DNA of 64,000 bases from Parcubacteria bacterium RAAC4_OD1_1 (GTDB taxonomy: Bacteria > Patescibacteriota > Minisyncoccia > Phycocordibacterales > UBA9973): positions 132,247 through 196,246 of the forward strand of contig AWSN01000001.1 in assembly GCA_000505065.1 (NCBI GenBank), written 5' to 3'. Position 1 is the first letter of the stretch, and each line of letters opens with the position of its first letter. Position numbers and translations under genes: made by a program. Below the pieces are notes generated by a model. It did not search any database. It saw only the letters and a program-made list of their open reading frames with translations, and was not told the DNA's origin. Positions 1-9,770 of the stretch are shown here, piece after piece.

Positions 1-742
1 TAGCCACGGAATGATTCTTGCAGAAGAAGGGGAGAAAATGTCTAAATCTCGTGGTAATGTCATAAATCCAGATGAAATAATAAAATTATATGGAGCAGAC
101 ACACTTCGTCTTTATGAAATGTTTATTGGTCCTTTTGATCAAGCTGTCTCTTGGAGTACTGAGAGTATTATTGGGCCAAGAAGATTTTTGGAAAAAGTTT
201 GGAAAATAGGAGAAAAAATTGGCTCCTCGAGGTCGAACCTCGGGATCACTAGAGGTTCGACCTCTTCCCGCCAATCATATTCTGCTACATTTCAAACCTT
301 ACTTCATAAAACTATCAAAAAAGTAAGTGAAGATATTGAAAATATGAATTTTAATACAGCTGTTTCTTCTATGATGATACTTGTAAATGAAATGGAAAAA
401 CAAGATGTGGCAAAAAAAGATTTTGAAATGTTCTTACAAATATTATCTCCATTTTCTCCACATATAGCAGAAGAATTGTGGTATTTATTAGGGAATAAAA
501 AATCAATACATACTTCTTCTTGGCCTAAATGGGATAAATCTAAAATCAAAGAAGATAAAATAAAGATAGCGGTACAAGTAAATGGTAAGGTTAGGTCTGA
601 GGTAATCATAGATAAGGATTCTGATGAAAATTTGGTTAAAAATCTTGTCTTAAATCTTGTATCATTAAAACCTTGGATAGAAAATAAACAAATAAAAAAG
701 TTTATATATGTCCCAGGTAGGATTGTGAATATTGTGGTCTAG
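1..742 (+). CDS. leuS: Leucine--tRNA ligase, C-terminal part (gene starts before window)
   Basis: KMSKS motif, [13 protein letters not shown]-terminal VQVNGKVR and [11 protein letters not shown]. Confidence 0.96.
   Translation, partial: SHGMILAEEGEKMSKSRGNVINPDEIIKLYGADTLRLYEMFIGPFDQAVSWSTESIIGPRRFLEKVWKIGEKIGSSRSNLGITRGSTSSRQSYSATFQTLLHKTIKKVSEDIENMNFNTAVSSMMILVNEMEKQDVAKKDFEMFLQILSPFSPHIAEELWYLLGNKKSIHTSSWPKWDKSKIKEDKIKIAVQVNGKVRSEVIIDKDSDENLVKNLVLNLVSLKPWIENKQIKKFIYVPGRIVNIVV
228..265. repeat. Intragenic palindrome doublet in leuS
   Basis: CGAGGT-CGA-ACCTCG (228-242) and AGAGGT-TCG-ACCTCT (251-265); 229-241 is the exact reverse complement of 252-264. Confidence 0.9.
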
Positions 743-807
743 TATTATTAAATTTAATTAGGTATAATGTATTTGTTGAGTTTTATTATTCATTAATAAA
801 AAATAAA

Positions 808-3171
808 ATGGAATCAAAAAAATTAAAATTCTTTAATAATCTTTCTTTTGGAATATTATTGTTTACAATATTTGCATCTTTTATCTTTTTTATGCCGTAT
901 TTGCCTGTTACACTAGAGGCAAGTAAAGGCTTTCTTGTTTCAATAGGGGCAACTTTATCTATCTTCTTTTGGTTTGTAGTTAGACTAGGTGAAGGTAAAT
1001 TTGTTATTCCTAAAGATAGGCTTATTATTTTAGGAGCAGTTATTCCATTTATATTTCTAATTTCTTCTTTCTTTTCTTCTTCTTTATATGTATCTTTGTT
1101 TGGTAATGGTTTTGAAGTTGGAACATTTGGTTCAATGTTGATTCTATATATAATCTTTTTTTTATCAGCAGTCCATTTCCAAACAGAAAATAAATTAAAA
1201 ACATTTTTTAAGTTTCTAATGATTACAGCTTTTGTTATAACAATCTTTCAATTAATTAATTTTACTATTGGGTTCGGAAGATTTTTACCAGGCTTGTTAC
1301 AAGGTGTATCATCTGGAAATCTTTTAGGTAGCTGGAATGATTTTGCTTTAATGTTTGGTTTATTTGTATTACTTTCAATTTTTTCTATTGATTTATTAAA
1401 ATCTAAATTAATATATCGTATAATTCAATATTTTGTTTTAGTTTTAGGTATTTTATTTTTAATTATAATAAATATGCCTTTAGTTTGGCTTTTGGTTGGT
1501 CTTTTTGGTGTCATACTTTTTGTATATAACATTTCAGCTGGGCATTCTCATTCTTCTTCAGAGCAAGAATCTAATGAAAAACCTCACGCGAATGGTTTTC
1601 CGGTGGCCTCTCTTGTTTTAGTTATTATTTCTTTTATTTTTATTATTGGTAGCAATTCTATTGGTAATCTTATATCAAATTACATAAGTCTTTCTAGTCC
1701 AGATGTAAGACCTTCTTTTATAACAACATCACAGATTGCATATAAAGCAATAAAGCATAATCCATTTTTGGGTACAGGTCCTAATACTTTTGTTATCGAT
1801 TGGACAATGTGGAAACCTGCTCAAATATCCAATACCTTATTTTGGGATATTGATTTTAACAGTGGTTTTAGTATGTTTACAACATTATTTGCTACTGTTG
1901 GAGTCTTGGGAGCACTTTCTATTTTAGCTTTTCTTTTTGTATTTATTATTAGAATAATTCAATCTTTAAAAATTGCATTTAAGGATGGTGTTCTCAATTA
2001 TTTTATAATGACAACTCTTATGGTTTCATTATATTCATGGATTATTTTTATAATTTATAATCCAAATATTTTGATGCTCATACTTGCTTTTTCTTCAAGT
2101 GGTATTTTAATAGGAATACTTATATATAAAAGGGTAATTCCTACAAATGAAGCATCATTTTTGAATGACCCAAGAAATAGCTTCTTCTCAATTCTTTTCT
2201 TGGTTGTACTTATGATGTCATCTATCTCTCTAACTTATGTTTATGTAGAAAAATTTGTTTCTCTTATATATTATTCTAAAGGTGTTGTAGCAAATGTTAA
2301 TGATATAGATTCTCTTTCTAAATCTGAAGTAATGATCTCAAACGCAATAACTTTAGATAAAAATGATAGTTACTATAGGTCATTATCACAAGTTTATGTA
2401 AATGAGATATCTTTGGTGGCAAATAACAAAAATTTATCAGAAGATACCTTGAAATCTTCTTTACAACAGCTAGTAAATCTTTCTCAAGAGTCAGCTACTT
2501 TAGCTGTTAGTAGGAATCCAAAAAATTATTTAAATTATATAAATTTAGGAGATGTATATACTTCACTTGTTGTTTTTGGTGTTGAAAATAGTTACGAAAA
2601 TGCATTGTCTTCATACAATAAAGCCTTAGAACTTGCCCCAAATAACCCAAGTATAATTCTTTCTATGGCTAATCTTGAATTTATAAATAAAAATAATGAT
2701 AAGGCAAAAGAATATATTAAAAATGCTTTAACTTTAAAATCAAATTATATAGATGCTATATTTTTGATGGCTCAAATCGAAACAGCAGAAGGAAATTTGG
2801 GTGAGGCTATTAAACAAGCTGAATATGCTTCTCAGATTAACCCAAATGATTCTACTATATTCTTTAGATTAGGTTTACTTAGATATAATAATTCTGATTA
2901 TTCAGGAGCTGTTAGTGCTTTTGAAAGAGCTGTAATCTTGAATAATAATTATCTTAATGCTAGATATTTCCTTGGTTTATCTTATCAAAAAGTTGGACGA
3001 AAAAGTGATGCCCTAACTCAGTTTGAGATATTAAATAAATTAGTACCAGAAAATGAAGAAATTAAAAATGCTTTAAATTCTGTAAACAATAATACTATTA
3101 CAGAAACAGAAGAAAACGAAGATACTAATAAAAATACTGAAAATAAGCCCCCATTAAAAGAAAATCAATAA
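808..3171 (+). CDS. Polytopic membrane protein (O-antigen ligase-like) with C-terminal TPR repeats
   Basis: Many hydrophobic segments, PFLGTGPNTF loop, TPR-like C-terminus (ALELAPNNP, ARYFLGLSY). Confidence 0.75.
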   Translation: MESKKLKFFNNLSFGILLFTIFASFIFFMPYLPVTLEASKGFLVSIGATLSIFFWFVVRLGEGKFVIPKDRLIILGAVIPFIFLISSFFSSSLYVSLFGNGFEVGTFGSMLILYIIFFLSAVHFQTENKLKTFFKFLMITAFVITIFQLINFTIGFGRFLPGLLQGVSSGNLLGSWNDFALMFGLFVLLSIFSIDLLKSKLIYRIIQYFVLVLGILFLIIINMPLVWLLVGLFGVILFVYNISAGHSHSSSEQESNEKPHANGFPVASLVLVIISFIFIIGSNSIGNLISNYISLSSPDVRPSFITTSQIAYKAIKHNPFLGTGPNTFVIDWTMWKPAQISNTLFWDIDFNSGFSMFTTLFATVGVLGALSILAFLFVFIIRIIQSLKIAFKDGVLNYFIMTTLMVSLYSWIIFIIYNPNILMLILAFSSSGILIGILIYKRVIPTNEASFLNDPRNSFFSILFLVVLMMSSISLTYVYVEKFVSLIYYSKGVVANVNDIDSLSKSEVMISNAITLDKNDSYYRSLSQVYVNEISLVANNKNLSEDTLKSSLQQLVNLSQESATLAVSRNPKNYLNYINLGDVYTSLVVFGVENSYENALSSYNKALELAPNNPSIILSMANLEFINKNNDKAKEYIKNALTLKSNYIDAIFLMAQIETAEGNLGEAIKQAEYASQINPNDSTIFFRLGLLRYNNSDYSGAVSAFERAVILNNNYLNARYFLGLSYQKVGRKSDALTQFEILNKLVPENEEIKNALNSVNNNTITETEENEDTNKNTENKPPLKENQ

Positions 3172-3182
3172 TTAATTTATAG

Positions 3183-4871
3183 ATGACGAATCGTGTTTTA
3201 AAATTTCTCAATAGAGAATTTAAGGGAATTAACGAAGCCGCCTTATTACTTGGCGGTTTCGCTTTTCTCTCTCAAATATTAGGTTTGATAAGAGATAGAA
3301 TGCTTGCACAAATTGTTGGAGTTGGGGAGACTCTTGATGTTTATTATGCTGCCTTTAGAATTCCAGATTTCCTTTACATATCAATAGCATCTTTAGCTTC
3401 TGTTACTGTCCTTATGCCGTTTTTAATAGAGAAAATTGGTTATGGTGGTAATAATATTGAAGCAAAAAAATTTTTAAATAATATTTTTACAGCTTATGTT
3501 GTTTTTATGGTTGGAATAAGTCTAATTATATTTTTATTAATGCCATATTTAGCTAATATTATAGCTCCAGGATTTAATGATGTTCAAATTAAAATGCTTA
3601 TAAATATAAGTAGAATAATGCTTCTTTCTCCAATTTTTATTGGTTTATCAAATCTTATAGGTACTGTTACTCAAATTTTTAAAAATTTTTTAGTTTTTTC
3701 ACTTTCCCCAGTCTTTTATAATTTAGGAATAATTTTAGGAATAATTTTTCTTTATAGATTTTTAGGAATTTATGGATTAGGGATTGGTGTTATTGTTGGA
3801 GCTTTTCTTCATTTTATTATTCAAGTTCCTGTTGTTCTTAAACATGGATTTTTCCCTAGATTTATTTCAAACATAGATTGGAAAGAGGTTTTGAAGGTGG
3901 TAAAGACATCTTTACCAAGGACTCTTACTTTATCTTCAAATAGCTTAGCTTTTTTGGTTCTTATTGCTATTGCATCATCTTTTGAAAAAGGAGCAATATC
4001 CCTTTTTACTTTTTCTTATAATTTACAATCTGTTCCTGTTGGGATAATAGGTATTTCTTATTCTGTAGCAGCTTTCCCAATTCTTGTAAAATCATTTTCA
4101 ATAAAAGATATGGATAATTTTATTAAACATATTATTATTGCATCAAAACAAATTATCTTTTGGTCTTTACCTGTTATGTTTTTGTTTATTGTATTACGTG
4201 CACAAATTGTTCGTGTTGTTTTAGGGACCAATTCTTTTTCTTGGGCTGATACTAGACTTACATCAGCATCTGTAGCAATTTTTGTAATATCTCTTATTAC
4301 TCAGAGTTTGGTACTTTTATTTGTAAGAGGTTATTATGCGACAGGAAATACTAAAAAACCACTTTTCATAAATATGTTTTCGTCTCTAATTATTATAATA
4401 TTTGCTTATTTTTTAATGTGGTTATTTAGTTCAAATCCTTATTTGCTTGAAGTTTTAGAGAATTTACTTAGAGTAGAAAATGTTTCAGGAACAATAATGT
4501 TCATACTTCCTATTTCTTATGTATTAGGATCAATAATAAATTTAATTTTAATCTGGATTTCATTTAAAAAAGATTTTCTAAAAGATTATAATTTTAAAGT
4601 TATATCAAAAACTTTTTTTGATAGCTTACTCGGATCTATTGTTATTGGTGTTGTTTCTTATCTGTCCCTTGGTATTTTTGATGATATTTTTGATGTTACT
4701 ACTGGCTATGGAATATTTTTGCAAGGTTTTGTTTCTGGTAGTATAGGAATACTTTATGGAATTTTTGTTCTTTATTTGATAAAGAACAGAGAAATTAGAG
4801 ATCTGTTTGTAGCTATAAAGAATAAATTTTGGAAAAATCGAATTGTTGCTCCAGAACAGATTGATTTGTAA
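3183..4871 (+). CDS. murJ: Lipid II flippase MurJ/MviN
   Basis: SQILGLIRDR, YYAAFRIPD motifs; many TM segments. Confidence 0.92.
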   Translation: MTNRVLKFLNREFKGINEAALLLGGFAFLSQILGLIRDRMLAQIVGVGETLDVYYAAFRIPDFLYISIASLASVTVLMPFLIEKIGYGGNNIEAKKFLNNIFTAYVVFMVGISLIIFLLMPYLANIIAPGFNDVQIKMLINISRIMLLSPIFIGLSNLIGTVTQIFKNFLVFSLSPVFYNLGIILGIIFLYRFLGIYGLGIGVIVGAFLHFIIQVPVVLKHGFFPRFISNIDWKEVLKVVKTSLPRTLTLSSNSLAFLVLIAIASSFEKGAISLFTFSYNLQSVPVGIIGISYSVAAFPILVKSFSIKDMDNFIKHIIIASKQIIFWSLPVMFLFIVLRAQIVRVVLGTNSFSWADTRLTSASVAIFVISLITQSLVLLFVRGYYATGNTKKPLFINMFSSLIIIIFAYFLMWLFSSNPYLLEVLENLLRVENVSGTIMFILPISYVLGSIINLILIWISFKKDFLKDYNFKVISKTFFDSLLGSIVIGVVSYLSLGIFDDIFDVTTGYGIFLQGFVSGSIGILYGIFVLYLIKNREIRDLFVAIKNKFWKNRIVAPEQIDL

Positions 4872-4910
4872 AACCTTTGATTTTTAAGGATTTTTTGCTA
4901 ATATAAAGAT

Positions 4911-6722
4911 ATGAAATCTAATAACATTAGAAATTTTTCTATCATTGCCCACATAGATCATGGTAAGAGTACTTTGGCTGATAGAATGATAGAAATAACT
5001 AATACAATAGAAAAAAGAAAAATGAAAGATCAGGTCCTTGATTCAATGGAACTTGAACGGGAAAGAGGAATAACTATAAAGATGCAACCTGTAAGAATGG
5101 GGTATGAGGTTGATGGAAATGATTATATTTTAAATCTTATTGATACTCCAGGACATATAGATTTTTCTTATGAAGTTTCTCGAGCTCTTAAGGCTGTTGA
5201 GGGGTCTATACTTTTGGTTGATGCAACTCAAGGGGTACAAGCTCAAACTCTAACCACTCTTCAAATGGCTCGTGATTTGGGGCTTGTTATTATTCCAGTG
5301 TTGTCAAAAGTAGATTCACCATTAGCAAGAGTAGATGAAATAAAAATGGAAGTCGCGATCCTTTTAAATATAGATCCCGATACAGTTATGATTGTTTCAG
5401 GTAAAACTGGTTATGGTGTGTCAGAATTACTTAATGAAATAGTAAAAAAAATTCCTCCACCCAAAATGAATACAATAGATTCTTCTGGGCGTGCTCTTGT
5501 TTTTGATTTTAAATATGATAATCATCGAGGGGTGATAGTTTATGTAAGAGTAGTAGAAGGAGAGTTTAAAAAAGGTGAATCACTTATGTTTGCTGTCTCT
5601 TTAGAAAAGTTTATCTGTCTTGAGGTTGGGATATTTTCTCCTTGGGAAGAATCAAAAGATTCTATAAAAGAAGGTGAGATTGGATATATTATTACAGGGA
5701 TTAAAAAGCCTGGTATAGCTTCTGTGGGTGACACAATAACTTCTACTAAGAGACCAATGCAGGCTCTTTCTGGTTATATGAACCCTAGGCCTGTGGTTTG
5801 GGCTTCTGTCTATCCTGAGAGTCAAGATGATTTTCCTAATCTTAAACTAGCACTAGGAAGACTTAAATTATCCGACTCCTCTTTCTCTTATGAGGAAGAA
5901 TCATCAGGTACTTTGGGGCGAGGCTTTCGTTGTGGTTTCTTGGGAATGCTTCATTTAGAAATTATTACCGAAAGATTAAATAGAGAATTTAATTTAGAGC
6001 TTATTGTTACAATGCCTTCTATTACTTACAAAGTAATTACTAAAAATGGGAAAGAAGAAATAATTTATTCACCCCATCTTTTCCCAGACGATGGATCTAT
6101 AACTAAAGTGTATGAACCTTGGGTAAATGTTAAAATAATTGCTCCATCTATATATCTTAGTTATTTGATGCCATTTTTGTTTGACCATGAAGCTATTGTG
6201 GGGGCAACAGAAAATTTTGGAGACAATAGATCTTCTGTCGATCTTGAAATGCCACTTCGAGAACTTATGAGGAATTTTTTTGATGATTTAAAGAGTTTAA
6301 CTTCTGGCTATGCTTCTATTTCTTACGAAATAGGAGATTATAGAGAAGCAGATGTTGTAAGGATGGATATTTTAGTCGGAGGTGATCCTATTCCTGCTTT
6401 TTGTAGGGTTATATCAAGAAGAAGGGTAGAAGAAGAAGCTAAGTCTCAAGTAGAAAAATTACAAAAAATAATACCAAGACAGCAATTCGCTTTTAAGATT
6501 CAAGCTAAAGCATTAGGTAGAATAATTTCATCCGAGTCAGTTTCAGCATTTAGGAAAGATGTTCTTATGCATGGAAGTAAAGTAGTAGGGGGTGGTGATG
6601 TGAGTAGAAAAAAGAAATTACTTGAAAAACAGAAAAAGGGTAAAAAGAGAATGCAATCAAGTGCAAAAATAAACATCTCTCATGACGTTTTTTTAAAGAT
6701 GATGCGGGGTAAAGATAAATAG
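4911..6722 (+). CDS. lepA: Elongation factor 4 (LepA)
   Basis: IRNFSIIAHIDHGKSTLADR, GFRCGFLGMLH, KKKLLEKQKKGKKRM. Confidence 0.98.
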   Translation: MKSNNIRNFSIIAHIDHGKSTLADRMIEITNTIEKRKMKDQVLDSMELERERGITIKMQPVRMGYEVDGNDYILNLIDTPGHIDFSYEVSRALKAVEGSILLVDATQGVQAQTLTTLQMARDLGLVIIPVLSKVDSPLARVDEIKMEVAILLNIDPDTVMIVSGKTGYGVSELLNEIVKKIPPPKMNTIDSSGRALVFDFKYDNHRGVIVYVRVVEGEFKKGESLMFAVSLEKFICLEVGIFSPWEESKDSIKEGEIGYIITGIKKPGIASVGDTITSTKRPMQALSGYMNPRPVVWASVYPESQDDFPNLKLALGRLKLSDSSFSYEEESSGTLGRGFRCGFLGMLHLEIITERLNREFNLELIVTMPSITYKVITKNGKEEIIYSPHLFPDDGSITKVYEPWVNVKIIAPSIYLSYLMPFLFDHEAIVGATENFGDNRSSVDLEMPLRELMRNFFDDLKSLTSGYASISYEIGDYREADVVRMDILVGGDPIPAFCRVISRRRVEEEAKSQVEKLQKIIPRQQFAFKIQAKALGRIISSESVSAFRKDVLMHGSKVVGGGDVSRKKKLLEKQKKGKKRMQSSAKINISHDVFLKMMRGKDK

Positions 6723-6855
6723 ATTAGCTAAATAAAACTGGTATATAAAGCAATATCATACTTATAATTACAAGTATTGAAATTACCCCAAAAAGCCTCG
6801 ATATTCTTTTTTTATTTTTTGGGTCGAAAAACATGCTATAATACTATCATTATTT

Positions 6856-7236
6856 ATGAAAGAATTCAAGAAAGGAAATAATATATTTTATCACAACCCA
6901 ATATTTTTATTTGTATTGTTTTTGTTTTTATTATTACTCTTTTATAAAGTTTTTGGTTTGATTCAAAAAGAAAAAGAGAGTAGTAAGAATAAAGAATTGT
7001 TGTTGTCTCAGGTAGAAGATTTAAAAAAAAGAGAAAATAATCTTTCTTTAGAAATTTCTAGTTTAGAGACAGAAGAGGGGGTTGAAAAACTTATTAGGGA
7101 TAAATATCAAGTTGCCAAAGAGGGGGAAAAAATGGTAATAATAGTAGGGGAAGATAATATAGAAAAAGAGAGTAAAAATAAAAACAATAATGGTTTTTTA
7201 TTTTGGGTTAGAAATATTTTTGATTTTAATAAATAA
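6856..7236 (+). CDS. Septum formation initiator (FtsB/DivIC-like)
   Basis: N-terminal TM, coiled coil, EKLIRDKYQVAKEGE motif. Confidence 0.75.
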   Translation: MKEFKKGNNIFYHNPIFLFVLFLFLLLLFYKVFGLIQKEKESSKNKELLLSQVEDLKKRENNLSLEISSLETEEGVEKLIRDKYQVAKEGEKMVIIVGEDNIEKESKNKNNNGFLFWVRNIFDFNK

Positions 7237-7243
7237 TATATTT

Positions 7244-7314
7244 GCGGGATTAGTTTAGTGGTATGATGCGTCCTTCCCAAGGATGAGACACGGGTTCGAT
7301 TCCCGTATCCCGCA
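7244..7314 (+). tRNA. tRNA-Gly(CCC)
   Basis: Acceptor GCGGGAT/ATCCCGC, anticodon loop TTCCCAA, T-arm GGTTCGATTCC; CCA not encoded. Confidence 0.95.
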
Positions 7315-7430
7315 CACTTGACATAATTTATTTTTTATGTTTTTTAATTTAATTTGTCAATATTTTCTTATTTTATAACTATGCTATACTGTAGCAGTGA
7401 GTTAATTATTAATTAATTTTTTAAAATTTT

Positions 7431-7670
7431 ATGAGTAAAGTAACAGTATATAGTACACCTACATGTCATTTTTGCCACATGGCTAAAGATTTTTTTAAGG
7501 AAAAAGGGGTTGAGTTTGAAGATTTTAATGTTGCTACAGATCTTGAAAAAAGAAAAGAAATGTTTGACAAAAGTGGTCAGATGGGTGTGCCTGTGATAAT
7601 TATTGAAAATAATCTTATTGTTGGTTTCAATAAACCAAAAATAGTAGAATTATTGGGTATAAAAGAGTAG
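7431..7670 (+). CDS. Glutaredoxin-like (NrdH/YruB family) protein
   Basis: CHFC active site, GQMGVPVI motif. Confidence 0.9.
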   Translation: MSKVTVYSTPTCHFCHMAKDFFKEKGVEFEDFNVATDLEKRKEMFDKSGQMGVPVIIIENNLIVGFNKPKIVELLGIKE

Positions 7671-7735
7671 TATTTTTTTTAAAAATATCGTATTATAAAA
7701 GCATCCTAATGTAAAAAGGATGTTTTTATAATTTT

Positions 7736-7996
7736 GCCCTCGTAGTTCAATGGACCCCATCATAATGCTTCTGTAGTTCAATGGATAGAACAGTCCCGTC
7801 CTAAGGGATAGATGTCAGTTCGATTCTGGCCAGAAGCACAAATAAGCATTATGAGGGGCATGTGCCATAGTTCCGTCCTGAGGTGAGAAATGGGTAGGGA
7901 CCCATTTCGCAAGACCTTGAGCGTTTTGTAATCAAAATGCGAAAGGTATACCGCTTTTGTAAGAAGTAGATGCACGTTCGATTCGTACCGAGGGCA
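7736..7996 (+). pseudogene. Interrupted tRNA-like shell enclosing tRNA-Arg(CCU) and a structured insert
   Basis: 5' GCCCTCG-TA-GTTC-AATGGA (7736-7754) pairs perfectly with 3' CGAGGGC-A (7989-7996), preceded by T-arm GCACG-TTCGATT-CGTAC; D-stem 3' strand and a normal anticodon arm are not recognisable. Confidence 0.65.
7767..7838 (+). tRNA. tRNA-Arg(CCT)
   Basis: GCTTCTG/CAGAAGC acceptor, GTTC/GAAC D-stem, GTCCC-GTCCTAA-GGGAT anticodon arm, GTCAG-TTCGATT-CTGGC T-arm. Confidence 0.9.
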
Positions 7997-8032
7997 CTTT
8001 TATTTTTAACCTATTTATGCTATAATATACTT

Positions 8033-8320
8033 ATGGATCAAGAGATTAAGAATCTTTTAGAAGAAAATTTGAGATTATCTAAAGAGAATAATGAATTACT
8101 TATAAAGGTAAGAAATTTTCAACGTTGGTCCCAAATAAGTAAAGCTTTATATTGGCTTGTAATAATAGGTGTAGCTTTGGGTGCATTTTATTTTATAAAG
8201 CCGTATTTTGATAATGTTTTAAATATTTATACAGGTGGAGTTTCTGATATAAATATGATAAAAGATTTAGGTGGAAAGGTTGATATAAATTCTATAAATG
8301 AATTATTAAAACAGTATTAA
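8033..8320 (+). CDS. Hypothetical single-TM protein
   Basis: Start moved to MDQEIK (TATAAT at 8021-8026); coiled coil then TM segment. Confidence 0.8.
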   Translation: MDQEIKNLLEENLRLSKENNELLIKVRNFQRWSQISKALYWLVIIGVALGAFYFIKPYFDNVLNIYTGGVSDINMIKDLGGKVDINSINELLKQY

Positions 8321-8332
8321 TAGTTTACATAT

Positions 8333-8405
8333 GCCGAGATAGCTCAGTTGGTAGAGCGCTCCCCTGAAGAGGGATAGGTCCCCAGTTCGAGCCTGGGTCT
8401 CGGCA
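8333..8405 (+). tRNA. tRNA-Phe(GAA)
   Basis: GCCGAGA/TCTCGGC acceptor, loop CTGAAGA, T-arm CCCAG-TTCGAGC-CTGGG. Confidence 0.95.
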
Positions 8406-8522
8406 CACAACATATGAACTACTTCATATGTGTCCAGGCGAGAAAGATTTTTCGTTATTTAATGTAATCATTAAATCGAAAAATACCTGGCTATGTAATA
8501 GCCGAGCCTGGGTCTCGGCACA
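8388..8522 (+). repeat. 20-bp direct repeat of the tRNA-Phe 3' end flanking a ~95-bp structured insert
   Basis: CGAGCCTGGGTCTCGGCACA at 8388-8407 and 8503-8522. Confidence 0.9.
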
Positions 8523-8526
8523 AAAC

Positions 8527-8555
8527 AAAAAAATACCCTAACGGGTATTTTTTTT
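8527..8555. terminator. Bidirectional intrinsic terminator
   Basis: A-tract-TACCC-TAAC-GGGTA-T-tract between convergent units. Confidence 0.7.
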
Positions 8556-8556
8556 G

Positions 8557-9054
8557 TTATATTGATTTAATTTTTAATTTTGTTTCTCGGTGTTTATCTA
8601 TTTTTGGAAGTCTTATAATTAAAAGACCATGTTTTTCTATAGCCTCTGCTTCTTCTGGGTTTATTTCTTCTGGTAAAGATATTGTTCTTGAAAATGATCC
8701 CCAATATAATTCTTGCACAAAATAATCATCTTTATTAACAGATTGATTTTCTTCTCTTTTCCCTTTGATTGTTATTAAATCACGAGTGATTATAATGTTT
8801 AGATTGTCAGGTTGTACTCCAGCTACCATGGTTTGGACTATAATATCAGATGGAGTTTGATATAAATCAATAGTAAGTTCTGCTTCCACTTCTTCTTCCC
8901 ATCTAGATTCTTTTTCTATTTCTATTTTTTCTTCATTTTCTTCATTATTAATTTTTAACCTACGATTGTCTTTTTCTTCTAAAAAATCCCCTTCGTTTTC
9001 CTCGAAACGAATTCCACCTGTAAGGCGTTCCAAAAATGATTTCTTTTTAAACAT
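8557..9054 (-). CDS. Hsp20/alpha-crystallin small heat-shock protein
   Basis: ELYWGSFSRTISLP, GLLIIRLPK; start at MFKKKSF. Confidence 0.92.
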   Translation of the reverse strand: MFKKKSFLERLTGGIRFEENEGDFLEEKDNRRLKINNEENEEKIEIEKESRWEEEVEAELTIDLYQTPSDIIVQTMVAGVQPDNLNIIITRDLITIKGKREENQSVNKDDYFVQELYWGSFSRTISLPEEINPEEAEAIEKHGLLIIRLPKIDKHRETKLKIKSI

Positions 9055-9058
9055 ATAT

Positions 9059-9763
9059 TTATTGTATAGAAGGTGATAACCTTCCAATACGTTTTAATTT
9101 CTCAAAAATAAGAATATTAATAATCGTGACGACCCAAAGAAAACCAAAAACAGAAAGGAAATTATCGCCACTTCCTTTCATTATAAAAAAATTAAAGACA
9201 CTATGCAATAGTATTGCGAGTAAAATTCCAACAATAAGATAAAATCCTCTAAATTGTTTTATATAAAAAGATAAACCAAGAGCACTTCCAATTATTGCGC
9301 TTGATATTGCATGAAGAAGGGTTGATCCAAGAAAACGAAGATTTCCAGTTATCATACCGACTATTGCCCCATCTACTTTAATTGGGTTCATTAAATACAT
9401 TACGTTTTCCATAGCTGCAAAACCAAGAGCGACGGCTATAAAATACATAGGATAGTCTATTGGTTCATCGACATGTTTATTTCCAATTATTATTATAGCT
9501 ACTCCTAAAAGTTTTATTAACTCTTCTATGCTTGCCCAAATTATTATTTTAGTTCTTTCGTTAGATATAAAATTGAGAGAATATCTTTCAAGCCATATTG
9601 CAATAAAAACAAGAAAACTTCCAATAAAAAAAGAAAGGATTATAAGTCCTACTGGTTCTGGTTTTTCATCATCTTCTTGTTTAAGCCAAAACCAAAGCCA
9701 AAAAATAGCAGGGATTGCTCCACTTAATATTGCTATGAGTAATGTTTTTGGGTCTGACATCAT
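9059..9763 (-). CDS. PrsW family intramembrane metalloprotease
   Basis: PEP, EELIK, GFAAMEN, LLHA and LHSVFN motifs. Confidence 0.9.
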   Translation of the reverse strand: MMSDPKTLLIAILSGAIPAIFWLWFWLKQEDDEKPEPVGLIILSFFIGSFLVFIAIWLERYSLNFISNERTKIIIWASIEELIKLLGVAIIIIGNKHVDEPIDYPMYFIAVALGFAAMENVMYLMNPIKVDGAIVGMITGNLRFLGSTLLHAISSAIIGSALGLSFYIKQFRGFYLIVGILLAILLHSVFNFFIMKGSGDNFLSVFGFLWVVTIINILIFEKLKRIGRLSPSIQ

Positions 9764-9770
9764 TATTTAA

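Noticed and set aside
7859-7960. Group I intron in the outer tRNA
   Set aside because: No convincing P3/P7 (R and S) core, and removing a single segment does not restore a D-stem plus anticodon arm.
7778-8032. ORF 7778-7975 and the N-terminal extension of ORF 7970-8320
   Set aside because: Both overlap tRNA sequence; the likely start is 8033, just after a TATAAT.
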